A DNA stretch of 64,000 nt from Mobula hypostoma (lineage: Eukaryota). A program made the translations under genes and the position numbers. Within the stretch, counting starts at the first letter, position 1; each line of letters opens with the position of its first letter. Shown here in pieces: positions 1-12,289 of this stretch. The notes under the pieces were generated by a model, which was not told where the DNA came from, did not search any database, and worked only from the letters and a program-made list of their open reading frames with translations. The stretch is taken from contig NC_086100.1 in the NCBI RefSeq assembly GCF_963921235.1, positions 198,960,001 through 199,024,000 of the forward strand. The letters run 5' to 3'.

Positions 1-944
1 TCTTTATTTGTTATTATAATTACTTCCTTTTTTTCGTATTTTTCAGATTGTCTTCCTTTGCACACTGGTTGTCTGTTTGTGTGTAGGATCTGTTTTTTGT
101 TTTACTCCGGATTCCCACAAGAAAACGAATCTCGGGTTTGAATATGGTGACATACATGTACTTTGATCAGAAAATTACTTCGAACTTTTGAGAGTCTCCA
201 GTGCTGAGAATCCCAAATATTTGTCACTTCCATGTGGGCAAGTTATGGGAGAGAGACGAGGTCTGTCCTCCGAGGCTGGTGGGGGTGGGGGGAGACTTGA
301 CAGAAGGATGCAAATTTATAAGTGGGCGGTCCCAGACTTTTGAATAGTTCCCTAGTTTAAGATGGACTATTGACCTCGTTTTGCTCAAGGGTATCAGAAA
401 CAGGAGGGGAGAGGAAGGAGTTTAAAGAGGTTCTGAGGGGTAAGTTTTTTTTTACATGGGAAGGGTGAAATCTAACGCACTGCCACTGTTTAAAAGGCTG
501 TGGTTTACGGGAAGAGATAGGAGGTCCAGAGAGGATTTGAAGAAAACTTTTTTACACTCTGTGTCTGTGTGTGCTGCAATCAGGGAAAACACTCTCTAAC
601 AGGTTGGCGGACACAGAGACCCTCTGGACATAAACCTCAGAGAGGCAAAAGAGGTGGGGGCATGGTACTGTTGATCAGAGATAGTGTCGTGGCTGCTGAA
701 AAGCAGGGAGACATGGAGGGATTGTCTACGGAGTCTCTGTGAGTGGAAGTTAGGAACAAGAAGGGGTCAATAACTCTAATTTTAATTTCCCAAATATCAA
801 TTGGCATGTCCCTAGGGTGAGGGGTTTAGATGGGGTGAAGTTGGTTAGGTGTGTTCAGGAAGGTTTCCTGACACAATATCAGGATAAGCCTACAAGAGGA
901 GAGGCTGTACTTGATCTGGTATTGGGAAATGAACCTAGTCAGGT

Positions 945-2603
945 AACACACATCAAAGTTGCTGGTGAACGCAGCAGGCCAGGCAGCATCTCTGGGAAGA
1001 GGTGCAGTCGACGTTTCAGGCCGAGACCCTTCGTCAGGACTAACTGAAGGAAGAGTGAGTAATGGATTTGAAAGTTGGAGGGGGAGGGGGAGATCCAAAA
1101 TGATAGGAGAAGACAGGAGGGGGAGGGATGGAGCCAAGAGCTGGACAGGTGATAGGCAAAAGGGGATACGAGAGGATCATGGGACAGGAGGTCCGGGAAG
1201 AAAGACAAGGGGGGGGGACCCGGAGGATGGGCAAGAGGTATATTCAGAGGGACAGAGGGAGAAAAAGGAGAGTGAGAGAAAGAAAGTGTGCATAAAAATA
1301 AGTAACAGCTGGGGTATGAAGGGGAGGTGGGGCCTTAGTGGAAGTTAGAGAAGTCGATGTTCATGTCATCAGGTTGGAGGCTACCCAGACGGAATATAAG
1401 GTGTTGTTCCTCCAACCTGAGTGTGGCTTCATCTTTACAGTAGAGGAGGCCGTGGATAGACATGTCAGAATGGGAATGGGATGTGGAATTAAAATGTGTG
1501 GCCACTGGGAGATCCTGCTTTCTCTGGCGGACAGAGCGTAGATGTTCAGCAAAGCAGTCTCGCAGTCTGCGTCGGGTCTCGCCAATATATAAAAGGCCAC
1601 ATTGGGAGCACCGGACACAGTATATCACCCCAGTCGACTCACAGGTGAAGTGTTGCCTCACCTGGAAAGACTGTTTGGGGCCCTGAATGGTGGTAAGGGA
1701 GGAAGTGTAAGGGCATGTGTAGCACTTGTTCCGCTTACACGGATAAGTGCCAGGAGGGAGATCAGTGGGGAGGGATGGGGGGGACGAATGGACAAGGGAG
1801 TTGTGTAGGGAGCGATCCCTGCGGAATGCAGAGGGGGGGAGAGGGAAAGATGTGCTTAGTGGTGGGATCCTGTTGGAGGTGGCGGAAGTTACGGAGAAAA
1901 ATATGTTGGACCCGGAGGCTGGTGGGGTGGTAGGTGAGGACCAGGGGAACCCTATTCCTAGTGGAGTGGCGGGAAGATGGAGTGAGAGCAGATGTACATG
2001 AAATGGAGGAGATGCGTTTAAGAGCAGAGTTGATAGTGGAGGAAGGAAAGCCCCTTTCTTTAAAAAAGGAAAATATCTCCCTCGTCCTAGAATGAAAAGC
2101 CTCATCCTGAGAGCAGATGTGGCGGAGACGGAGGAATTGCGAGAAGGGGATGGCGTTTTTGCAAGAGACAGGGTGAGAAGAGGAATAGTCCAGATAGCTG
2201 TGAGAGTCAGTAGGCTTATAGTAGACATCAGTGGATAAGCTGTCTCCAGAGACAGAGACAGAAAGATCTAGAAAGGGGAGGGAGGTGTCGGAAATGGACC
2301 AGGTAAACTTGAGGGCAGGGTGAAAGTTGGAGGCAAAGTTAATAAAGTCAACGAGTTCTGCATGCGTGCAGGAAGCAGTGCCAATGCAGTCGTCGATGTA
2401 GTGAAGGAAAAGTGGGGGACAGATACCAGAATAGGCACGGAATATAGATTGTTCCACAAACCCAACAAAAAGGCAGGCATAGCTAGGACCCATACGGGTG
2501 CCCATACTACACCTTTAGTTTGGAGGAAGTGGGAGGAGCCAAAGGAGAAATTATTAAGAGTAAGGACTAATTCCACTAGACAGAGCAGAGTGGTGGTAGA
2601 GGG
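945..2603 (-). mobile_element. Penelope-like retroelement (PLE), 5'-truncated: RT C-terminus + GIY-YIG endonuclease + terminal repeat
   Basis: MGTRMGPSYA, YIDD, FLD and VYYKPTDS (PLE RT); VIYCVRC..CGLLYIGET.RRL...F.EH (GIY-YIG); exact 14-bp TSD gaacctagtcaggt at 931-944 and 2604-2617. Confidence 0.95.
1005..1047 (-). ncRNA. Minimal type I hammerhead ribozyme motif in the PLE terminal repeat
   Basis: Minus strand: cagttagtc-CTGACGA-agggtctcggcct-GAAA-CGTC^gactg. Intact CUGANGA/GAAA/GUC core, stem I tagtc/gactg, stem II agg/cct, palindromic vestigial stem III. Confidence 0.8.
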
Positions 2604-4730
2604 GAACCTAGTCAGGTGTCAGGTCTCTCAGTGGGAGAGCATTTTGGAGATAGTGATCACAATTCTATGTCCTTTACCATAGCATTGGCCAGGGATAGGA
2701 ACAGACAAGTTAGGAAAACGTTTAATTGGAGTAAGGGGAAATATGAGGCTGTCAGGCAGGAACTTGGAAGCATAAATTGGGAACAGGAGCTCTCAGGGCA
2801 ACATACGGAAGAAATATAGCAAATGTTCAGGGGATATTTGCGTGGAGTTCTGCATAAGTACATTCCAATGAGACAGGGAAAGGATGTTAGGGTACAGGAA
2901 CCGTGGTGTACAAAGGCTGTTGTAAATCTAGTCAAGAAGAAAACAAGAGCTTACGAAAGGTTCAAAAAACTAGGTAATGATAGAGATCTAGAAAATTATA
3001 AGGCTAGCAAGAAGGAGCTTAAGAAAGAAGTTAAGAGAGCCAAAAGGGGCCATGAGAAGGCCTTGGTGGAGGATTAAAGAAATCCCCAAGGCATCCTACA
3101 AGTATGTGAAGATCAAGAGGATAAGATGTGAGAGAATAGGACCAATCAAGTGTGACAGTGGGAAAGTGTGTATGGAACCGAAGGAGATAGCAGAGGTACT
3201 TAATGAATACTTCAGTATTCACTACGGAAAAGGATCTTGGCAATTGTAGGGATGACTTACAGCAGACTGAAAAGCTTGAGCATGTAGATATTAAGAAAGA
3301 GGATGTGCTGGAGCTTTTGGAAAGCATCACGTTGGATAAGTCACCGGGACCGGACGAGATGTGGGAGGCAAGGTAGGATATTTCTGAGCCTCTGGCAATG
3401 ATCTTTGCATCATCAGTGGGGATGGGAGAGGTTCTGGAGGATTGAAGGGTTGCAGATGTTATTCCCTTATTCAAGAAAGGGAGTAGAGATAGCCCAGGAA
3501 ATTATAGACCAGTGAGTCTTACTTCAGTGTTTGGTAAGTTGATGGAGAAGATCCTGAGAGACAGGATTTATGAACATTTGGAGAGGCATAATATGATTAG
3601 GAATAGTCAGCATGGCTTTGTCAAAGGCAGGCTGTGCCTTACGAGCCTGATTGAATTTTTTGAGGATGTGACTAACTAAACACATTGATGAATGTAGTGT
3701 ATATGGATTTCAGCAAGGCATTTGACAAGGTAACCCATGCAATGTTTACTGAAAAAAGTAAGGAGGCATGGGATCCAAGGGGAGGGACATTGCTTTGTGG
3801 ATCCAGAACTAGCTTGCTCACAGAAGGCAAAGAGTGGTTGTAGATGGGTCATATTCTGCGCGGAGGTCGGTGACCAGTGGGATGCCTCAGGGATCTGTTC
3901 TAGGTCTCCTACTCTTCACGATTTTTATAAATGATCTGGATGAGGAAGTGGAGGGGTGGGTTAGTATATTTGCTGATGACACAAAAGTTGGGGCTGTTGT
4001 GGATAGTGTGGAGGGCTGTTAAAGTTTAGAGTGGGACAGCGATAGGATGGAGAACTGCGCTAAGAAGTGGCAGATGGAGTTCAACCGAGATAAGTGTGAA
4101 GTGGTTCATTTTGGTCGGTCAAATATGATGGCAGAATATAGTATTCATGGTAAGACTCTTGGCAAAGTGGAGGATCAGAGGGATCTTGGGGTCTGAGTCC
4201 ATAGGACACTCAAAGCTGCTGTGCAGGTTGACTCTGTGGTTAAGAAAGCATATGGTGTATTGGCCTTCATCAATTGTGGTATTGAGTTTAGGAGCCGAGA
4301 GGTAATGTTGCAGCTATATAGGACCCTGGTCAGACCTCTTGGAGTACTGTGCTCAGTTGTGGTTGCCTCACTACAGGAAGGATGTGGAAACCATAGAAAG
4401 GGTGCAGAGGAGATTTACAAGGATGTTGTCTGGATTGGGGAGCATGCCTTATGAGAATAGATTGAGTGAACTTGCCCTTTTCTCCTTGGAGTAATGAAGG
4501 ATGAGAGGTGACCTGATAGAGGTGTATAAGATGATGAGAGGCATTGATCATGTGGATAGTCATTTTCCCAGGGCTGAAATGGCTATCATGAGAGGGCACA
4601 GTTTTAAGGTGCTTGAAAGTAGGTACAGAGGGGATGTCAGGGGTAAGTTTTTTACACAGAGAGTGGTGAGTGGCGTGGAATGGGCTGTCGGCGACGGTGG
4701 TGGAGGCGGAAACAATAGGGTCTTTTAAGA

Positions 4731-4970
4731 CAGTGGTCCCCAACCACTGGGCCGTGGACCGGTACCGAACCGCAAAGCAAGTGCTACTGGGCTGCGAGGA
4801 AACAATATGATTTGGCGATATGAAACAATATGAGTCAGCTTCACCTTTCCTCATTCCCTGTCACACACTGTTGAACTTGAACACCACCCCCCCACCCCCC
4901 GTCAGCTGGTCCACAAGAATATTGTCAATATTAAACTGGTCAGCAGTGCAAAATAGGTTGGGGACCCCTG
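4731..4970. mobile_element. hAT (Charlie-like) MITE, 240 bp
   Basis: TIRs cagtggtccccaacc / ggttggggacccctg; exact 8-bp TSD ttttaaga at 4723-4730 and 4971-4978. Confidence 0.92.
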
Positions 4971-5177
4971 TTTTAAGAGACTCCTGGACAGGTCCATGGA
5001 GATCAGAAAAATAGAGGGCTGTGGGTATGTTTAATGTGTACAGTGAAACAATATTACAAAAAATAAGACATATCTTGGGAATCAAAGAAATATTGACGGG
5101 AAGAAAGCAAGAGGAAGACAAAGACAAATGATGATGGAGACAGCAGCCAGAGAACTGGAAATGAATACCAATGAATT

Positions 5178-6878
5178 AGAAACATAGAAACATAGAAAAT
5201 AGGTGCAGGAGTAGGCCATTCGGCCCTTCAAGCCTGCACCGCCATTTATTATGATCATGGCTGATCATCCAACTCAGCACCCCACCCCAGCCTTCCCTCC
5301 ATACCCCCTGACCCCTGTAGCCACAAGGGCCATATCTAACTCCCTCTTAAATATAGCCAATGAACTGGCCTCAACTGTTTCCTGTGGCAGAGAATTCCAC
5401 AGATTCACCACTCTCTGTGTGAAGAAGTTTTTCCTAATCTCGGTCCTAAAAGGCTTCCCCTCTATTCTCAAACGGTGGCCCCTCGTTCTGGACTTCCCCA
5501 ACATCGGGAACAATCTTCCTGCATCTAGCCTGTCCAATCCCTTTAGGATCTTATACGTTTCAATCAGATCCCCCCTCAATCTTCTAAATTCCAACGAGTA
5601 CAAGCCCAGTTCATCCAGTCTTTCTTCATATGAAAGTCCTGCCATCCCAGGAATCAATCTGGTGAACCTTCTTTGTACTCCCTCTATGGTAAGGATGTCT
5701 TTCCTCAGATTAGGGGACCAAAACTGCACACAATACTCCAGGTGTGGTCTCACCAAGGCCTTGTACAACTGCAGTAGTACCTCCCTGCTCCTGTACTCGA
5801 ATCCTCTCGCTATAAATGCCAGCATACCATTCGCCTTTTTCACCGCCTGCTGTACCTGCATGCCCACTTTCAATGACTGGTGTATAATGACACCCAGGTC
5901 TCGTTGCACCTCCCCTTTTCCTAATTGGCCACCATTCAGATAATAATCTGTTTTCCTATTTTTGCCACCAAAGTGGATAACTTCACATTTATCCACATTA
6001 AATTGCATCTGCCATGAATTTGCCCACTCACCCAACCTATCCAAGTCACCCTGCATCCTCTTAGCATCCTCCTCACAGCTAACACTGCCACCCAGCTTCG
6101 TGTCATCCGCAAACTTGGAGATGCTGCATTTAATTCCCTCATCCAAGTCATTAACATATATTGTAAACAACTGGGGTCCCAGCACTGAGCCTTGCCGTAC
6201 CCCACTAGTCACCGCCTGCCATTCTGAAAAGGTCCCGTTTATTCCCACTCTTTGCTTCCTGTCTGCTAACCAATTCTCCACCCACACCAATACCTTACCC
6301 CCAATACCGTGTGCTTTAAGTTTGCACACTAATCTCCTGTGTGGGACCTTGTCAAAAGCCTTTTGAAAATCCAAATATACCACATCCACTGGTTCTCCCC
6401 TATCCACTCTACTAGTTACATCCTCAAAAAATTCTATGAGATTCGTCAGACATGATTTTCCTTTCACAAATCCATGCTGACTTTGTCCGATCATTTCACC
6501 GCTTTCCAAATGTGCTGTTATCACATCCTTGATAACTGACTCCAGCAGTTTCCCCACCACCGACGTTAGGCTAACCGGTCTATAATTCCCCAGTTTCTCT
6601 CTCCCTCCTTTTTTAAAAAGTGGGGTTACATTAGCCACCCTCCAATCCTCAGGAACTAGTCCAGAATCTAACGAGTTTTGAAAAATTATCACTAATGCAT
6701 CCACTATTTCTTGGGCTACTTCCTTAAGCACTCTGGGATGCAGACCATCTGGCCCTGGGGATTTATCTGCCTTCAATCCCTTCAATTTACCTAACACCAC
6801 TTCCCTACTAACATGTATTTCGCTCAGTTCCTCCATCTCACTGGACCCTCTGTCCCCTACTATTTCTGGAAGATTATT
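5178..6878 (-). mobile_element. Young 5'-truncated CR1 LINE with uninterrupted RT domain
   Basis: ORF 5274..6947 with [34 protein letters not shown] and FADDTK; (agaaacat)n 3' tail. Confidence 0.97.
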
Positions 6879-6953
6879 GAAGAATTGATCCACTTGACCA
6901 GAAACAGGAGTGTGTGGGCCATGGCAGTCAAAGCTCAAACCGGGCATGGCACC

Positions 6954-6954
<1 letters not shown>

Positions 6955-6987
<33 letters not shown>
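6955..6987. repeat. (GAT)11 microsatellite
   Basis: Direct reading. Confidence 0.95.
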
Positions 6988-6988
<1 letters not shown>

Positions 6989-7699
6989 GGTAAGCCTAGG
7001 TAATTTCTTAAATAAGGACACGTTCAGCACAGCTTTGTGGGCCAAAGGGCCTGTATTGTGCTGTAGGATTTCTATGTTTCTGAGGGGACTGACTGAGTGT
7101 AGGACTTCCATAAACAGATACATTGGGTAGCATACACAATGGGTCAAAGGGCCTGTTTCCGTTCTGACTGAATGTCTGTCCTGAACTACAAAATGGAGGG
7201 TGTGTGGGAGGGAGCGGTTAGATTGATCTTAGACGGGACATAGAGCGCTACAGAACAGAAACAGGCCCTTCAGCTTATCTAGTCTGTGCCACACCATTAA
7301 TCTACCTCACCCCATAGATCTGCACCCAGACCCCTCCACACCACATCCATCTGCCTATCCAAATCCCTCTGAAATGTCGCAATCAAACCCACATCCAACA
7401 GTTCCTCTCACAGCCGTCTGAGTGAAGACATTTCTCCTCAGGCTCCCCTGAAAGATTTCACTTTTCACCTTTAACCCATGACCTGAAGTTATACACTCAC
7501 CCAACCTCAGTGGGTAAAGCTTGCTTGCGTTTACTCAACCTATACTCCTCATCATTTTGTATACCCCTATCAAATCTCCTCTCATTCTCCTAAACTCAGG
7601 GGAGTAGTCCACCTAGTCGACCTTTCCTTATAACTCAGTAGAATAAAAGGGGTAGCAGGACATCGTGGGCCGAAGGGCCTGCGCTGTGCTGTAGTGTCC

Positions 7700-10620
7700 T
7701 ATGTTCGACCCGTCAATCTCTGAAGCCCCGGGCCCGGCTCCGGCTCCAGACGCGGAAACCTGCTCGCTGTGTACACATTGTCAGCCGAGCAATATTTTCC
7801 GGATTTCAATGTTCCGCTAAACCACAGGCCGTCTGCTACACCCCTCCTCACACGCAAACGAACTGCGGCTGGAGAGGAGGGTAGGGCGAGCAGAGAAGGA
7901 GGCTGTTGGGGGAAGAAGGGGCTGGGAGAGGGTGAGGGGAGAGAGGGAGGGGGCGGAGGGGAGGGGAGAGTGGTGCAGGGGAGGATGGGGGGTGCGAGGA
8001 TAAGGGGGTGGTGAGGGTGAGGGGTGGGGGAGACTAGGGGAGGGGAGAGTGGGCAGGTGGCTTGAGTGGGGGGGGAGGAGGAGAGAGGACGAGGGGGAGT
8101 AGGACGGAGGCGGACGGAGGAGTGTGGGGTTGAAAGCGGAACAGGCATGGTTTCCCCAGCTCCGCGCTGGCGGATGGATTTAACGCCCTCTCCTGGAATG
8201 AACGTCCCGATGAGTTCCGGGAGAGGCGGACAAACAGCCGAGGAGGCTGGCCACCAGACAGGAACAGGCTGGGAGGGGCTCTCAGTGTCCGAGAGGTGGG
8301 GATGTCAGGAGGCCATCTGCGGGAGGAGACCTCAGGCAGATGTGACCCACCCTTACACCGGGACCGACGGGGGGCGGGAGGAGAGACAGTTCGGAGTAGG
8401 AGGGTTCTGGGGGAGTCCGTTCCAGGTGAGACAGGTCAATGGGGATCCCCGGGGTGCAGGGTTTCCCTCGGTGTGAGTGGCAGACTCATCCGTGGTCCTC
8501 AGACATGAGCAGGCGGTGGGGAGTCTCGGTGTTAGGATTCCCCTCAGGGAAAACACTCCCCTGGTCCGGGAGGAAGGGGCTCTAACGCCGGGAGACCCCC
8601 TACCACTTTCATTCTGCCCTGGAGCCCACAGCATCACCACTCAGCCCTCCCACACCCACTACCCCCTCACCTCATCTGGAGAGAAGCACGAGACAGAGGA
8701 GTAGAGTTAGGCTACTCTACCCGGCGAGTCTGCTCTTCTACCCCATCATGGCTGATTAATTATCCCTCTAAACCCCAATCTCCTGCCTCCATCCCCACGA
8801 TGCCCCGACTAATCAAGAACCCATCACCTCCACTTTAAATATACCCAATGACTTGGCCTCCACACCGTCTATGGCAATGAATTCCAGAGATTCGCCAGCC
8901 TCAGGCTAAAGAAATTCCTCCTCATCTCAGTTCGAAATGGACATCCCTCTATTCTGAGGCTGTGTCCTCTGATCCTAGACGCCCCCGCTACAGGAAACAT
9001 CCTCTCGTCCGAGACCTTTCAATATTCGATAGGTTTCAATGAGATCCCCCCTCATCCTTCTGAACTCCGGCAAGTACAGACCCAGAACCATCAAATGCTC
9101 CTCAAACGTTAACCCTTTCATTCCTAGGATCATTCTCGCGAACCCTCTCCAATGTCAGCATATCCTTTCCCAGATAACGCTGCTCACAGTACAAGTGCGC
9201 TCTGACCGATGCCTTACATCCCCATCTCATCCTTGCGTCTCCCCTCCACCCTCAGATTCCCCCATTTACCCCCAAACCCATCCCCTTTAACCCTTCATCT
9301 GCCCGCCTGGATCAAAATCTGTTATAACAGTAATAAGCCATTTGGCCCCTCAATGCTGTCCAGTTAGGGAACTTCCCGGAGGCCCACCCCCGACCCTCAG
9401 CTCGATAAGGGTCCAGTTTCGATCCCTCGAGTTTAGGGCCTTTAGGGTCTCCCAGTCGAATCGGGCAGCATTCCTCATCCTACCGCTAACCCACGGCACA
9501 AAGCAATCCTCCCCTTCCCGCTCTCCGCTCCTCTCACCCCTGTCCCTTTTCCTCCCCCTCCCTCCCTCCTCTTTCTCCTCCCCCTCCCCGCTCTCACTGC
9601 CCAGGACGGTGGTGTCCGCGGTTCAGATCCGATCGGTCCGGACCTCGGTGAGAGCAGCAAACCGCGGTGACGGGGAGACCTTTATCCCGACTCCGCTGCC
9701 GGGGCTGGGAGCCAGCGGCCAAACATCTTTCCTCAACCCGGGGGAAGACGAAATGACATCGGTAACAGTTCAAACCTTACCTCGAGAAATTCGCCAAATT
9801 CTGTCCGCGGCAGTCTGACTTCAGCTCCCCGTCTCTCCCCCCTCCCTCCTTCTCTGACTGTCTCCTCCCCCTCTCCGCCTGGCTGCTCCCTCTCGATCCT
9901 ATCTCCTTCCTTCTGTCCCTTTACTCCCTCCTTCATCACCTTCTCAGTCCCGCCTCGTTGTCCATCTCCTCTCTGCCTGACCCTCACTCACTCGTCCTCC
10001 CCTCCCTGACCCCCTCACCCAAGATGGATACACTCGGGGGTGGTAGGCTGCTGTAATGCTGGGGTTTGGCTGCCGGGGGTGCGGACCCGCCCCGGACACA
10101 GGCCGGGAGAGGAGGAGGGATGGGTGGGGGGCAAGTGAAGTTCTTCCCCTCCCTCGGGGACAGTGGGAGTAGGAACGATGGGTGCATTTCTCTAGCGCCC
10201 TCAGTAGCTCCTCGGCCGTCTCAAAGCTGGTGAGTGTGTGTGTTTTCGGAGGTGTCCGCTGAAGAGCCTTGAACCCGACCCACCGTTTCCCTCCCCACGG
10301 TCGCTGCCCGACGACCTGAGTATTTGCCATTGTTTGGAGTTGTTGTTTTGTCCCTTTCCGGCGGCCGAGGAAGCCACTCGTTCCATTGGTTCTGTGTGAA
10401 CCCTCATCCCCGCAGCACAGCAAGATCCTCCTCACAGACTCGGCCGCGGTTCATCACGGTCGCTAACTTGCCCCGAACCCCTCTCTTTGCGCCGTGTGTC
10501 CGGGGGCGACACGGCAGCGTGGCGATTAGCATAATGCTCGACAGCGCCAGCGACGGGTTCCATCCCCGCTGCCCTCTAAGGAGCGAGTTCGTACATTGTG
10601 TTGGTTCCCTTCTTCCAAAT
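7700..10620. promoter_or_regulatory. CpG-rich, mostly non-repetitive region; candidate promoter or 5' end of an unidentified gene
   Basis: Visibly elevated CpG and GC content at about 7.7-8.6 kb and 9.3-10.6 kb relative to the CpG-poor flanks; several consensus splice signals. Confidence 0.5.
8700..9220 (-). mobile_element. CR1 3'-end fragment
   Basis: ccatcatggctgat...gaattccagaga...aagaaattcctcctcatctc block shared with other CR1 tails in the window. Confidence 0.8.
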
Positions 10621-12289
10621 ATATATCGGTTAGTATGTTAATGGATCACTTCGGCGGAGCGCCTCGTTGGGGCTATATCTTTAAATTTATTAAGAAGCCT
10701 CTAAAATCAGTCTCCACACTTTCTGCTGCTTCACTCCGAAATCCCACTTTATTTTCTGTTTTATCAAGTTATTAGCTCTGCTGAATTCCCAGCCCTCCCC
10801 CGATCTTCGGCCTTGCTGCAGATTTCTGGCAGCGTTAGATGTTTTTTCCCCATAGATTCAGTTTCCCCGGTAATTGATGGTTGGCTCACTTTTACTGTTG
10901 TGTCTGTTTGCAAATCCCTACTCGGTATTGCGTCCTCGTTCCCGAAGGCTGAGAAAAGGCAAGTCTAATGCCCAGCGCACGCGTTTAAAGTGAGAGGGGG
11001 TCATTACACGGGAGATGTGGAGGTCAAGTTTTGTTTTACAGAGAGTGGTGGGTGTCCGGGGAGCGCTGCCTGGGGTGATGGTGGAGGCGGAAATATTAGG
11101 GGAATTTAAAGAGACGTTTAGATAGACACATAATTGAGAGGAAAATGGAAGGATAGAAGAGATTAGTTTAGCTGGATTACTCATTTCAATGGTTCGGCAC
11201 AGCATAGTGGGCCGAAAGGCCTGTTCCTTTGCTGTTCTCGTCTGAAGTCTCAGACCGTGGGACTAGCCGAGTTTTCCCAGAAGTAGCAGAGAAACACCGG
11301 GTCTGTGCCGACCCCACTTGTCTGCATTACAGCGTCATAGAGCAATACAACGCGGGCATTCGGCCCATCTAATCCATGTTAACCACAGCGCCCACCCCGC
11401 TCGTTCCAATCTCTTGCGTTTGGCTCCAAGCTCCACACCCTTACAGAGGCGAATACAATCATAAATCACCGGTGAATCCACTCAGTCTTTTTTGGGGTAT
11501 CAAGAAATAGAGGGTACACGTTTAAGGTGAGAGTGGTTTAAGTGGAATTTGAGGGACACTTTTTAAAAAAAAACAAGTAGTATCTATGTGGAACGAGCTG
11601 CCAGAGGAAGTGGTTGAATAAAACAGTTAATGGTGGGGGTCCACGGCATGAAAAATGTTGGGAACCCCCTGGTTTAGAGGGATATGACCCAAATGGGGGC
11701 AAATAGGACTAGCTTGTTGAGTCAAAGGGCTTGCTCTTGCTCCACTCATTCCAGTACCTCTTCAGCGTTGTTACAATCCCTGCCTTCACTAGCACCTGAC
11801 AGCTCATTCCAGATACCAACTACCCCGAGTGAAGATTTACTCAGACTCCCCACTCTCACCTTCAGACTACGCCCTCTAGTTATAGGCACCCCTAGCACGC
11901 CAGAACATCTTTTCTCAGATAAGGGGGTCCAACATTCCAGTCTTAGGTTACTTCCCTGTCAGTCTCTGATTATTTTATATATCTCTATTACACAATAATA
12001 GAACACTACAGCACGGAAACAGGCCTTTTGGCCCATTGAGTCTATGCCAACCTATTATTCTGCCTAGTCCCGTTGACCTGCACCCGGACCATAGCCCCCA
12101 ATACCCCTCCCATCCATGTACCTATCCAAACTTCTCTTAAATGTTTCAATCGAACCCAGTCCTCCACTTCTATTGGCAACTCGATCTAAACGCACCACCT
12201 TCTGAGAGAAGAAATTTTCCCCTCTGATTCACCTTTCACCCTTAACATAATACTTCTAGTTCTAGACTCACCTAACCTATACCCCTTAT

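Larger units (their letters stand above)
770..5030 (+). mobile_element. CR1 LINE ORF2 (endonuclease C-terminal part + RT), degenerate, interrupted by a Penelope element and a hAT MITE
   Basis: PTRGEAVLDLVL, GDSDHN, SGMPQGSVLG and FADDTK motifs in frameshifted ORFs; the sequence resumes across both insertions. Confidence 0.92.

Noticed and set aside
5274..6947. 557-aa RT ORF as a domesticated gene or retron-like system
   Set aside because: Ordinary 5'-truncated CR1 ORF2; its first residues come from flanking DNA and a near-identical copy lies 10 kb away
6935..7147. Poly-histidine ORF
   Set aside because: Reverse translation of a (GAT)n microsatellite
10505..10600. tRNA gene
   Set aside because: Degenerate tRNA-derived SINE head; no complete cloverleaf
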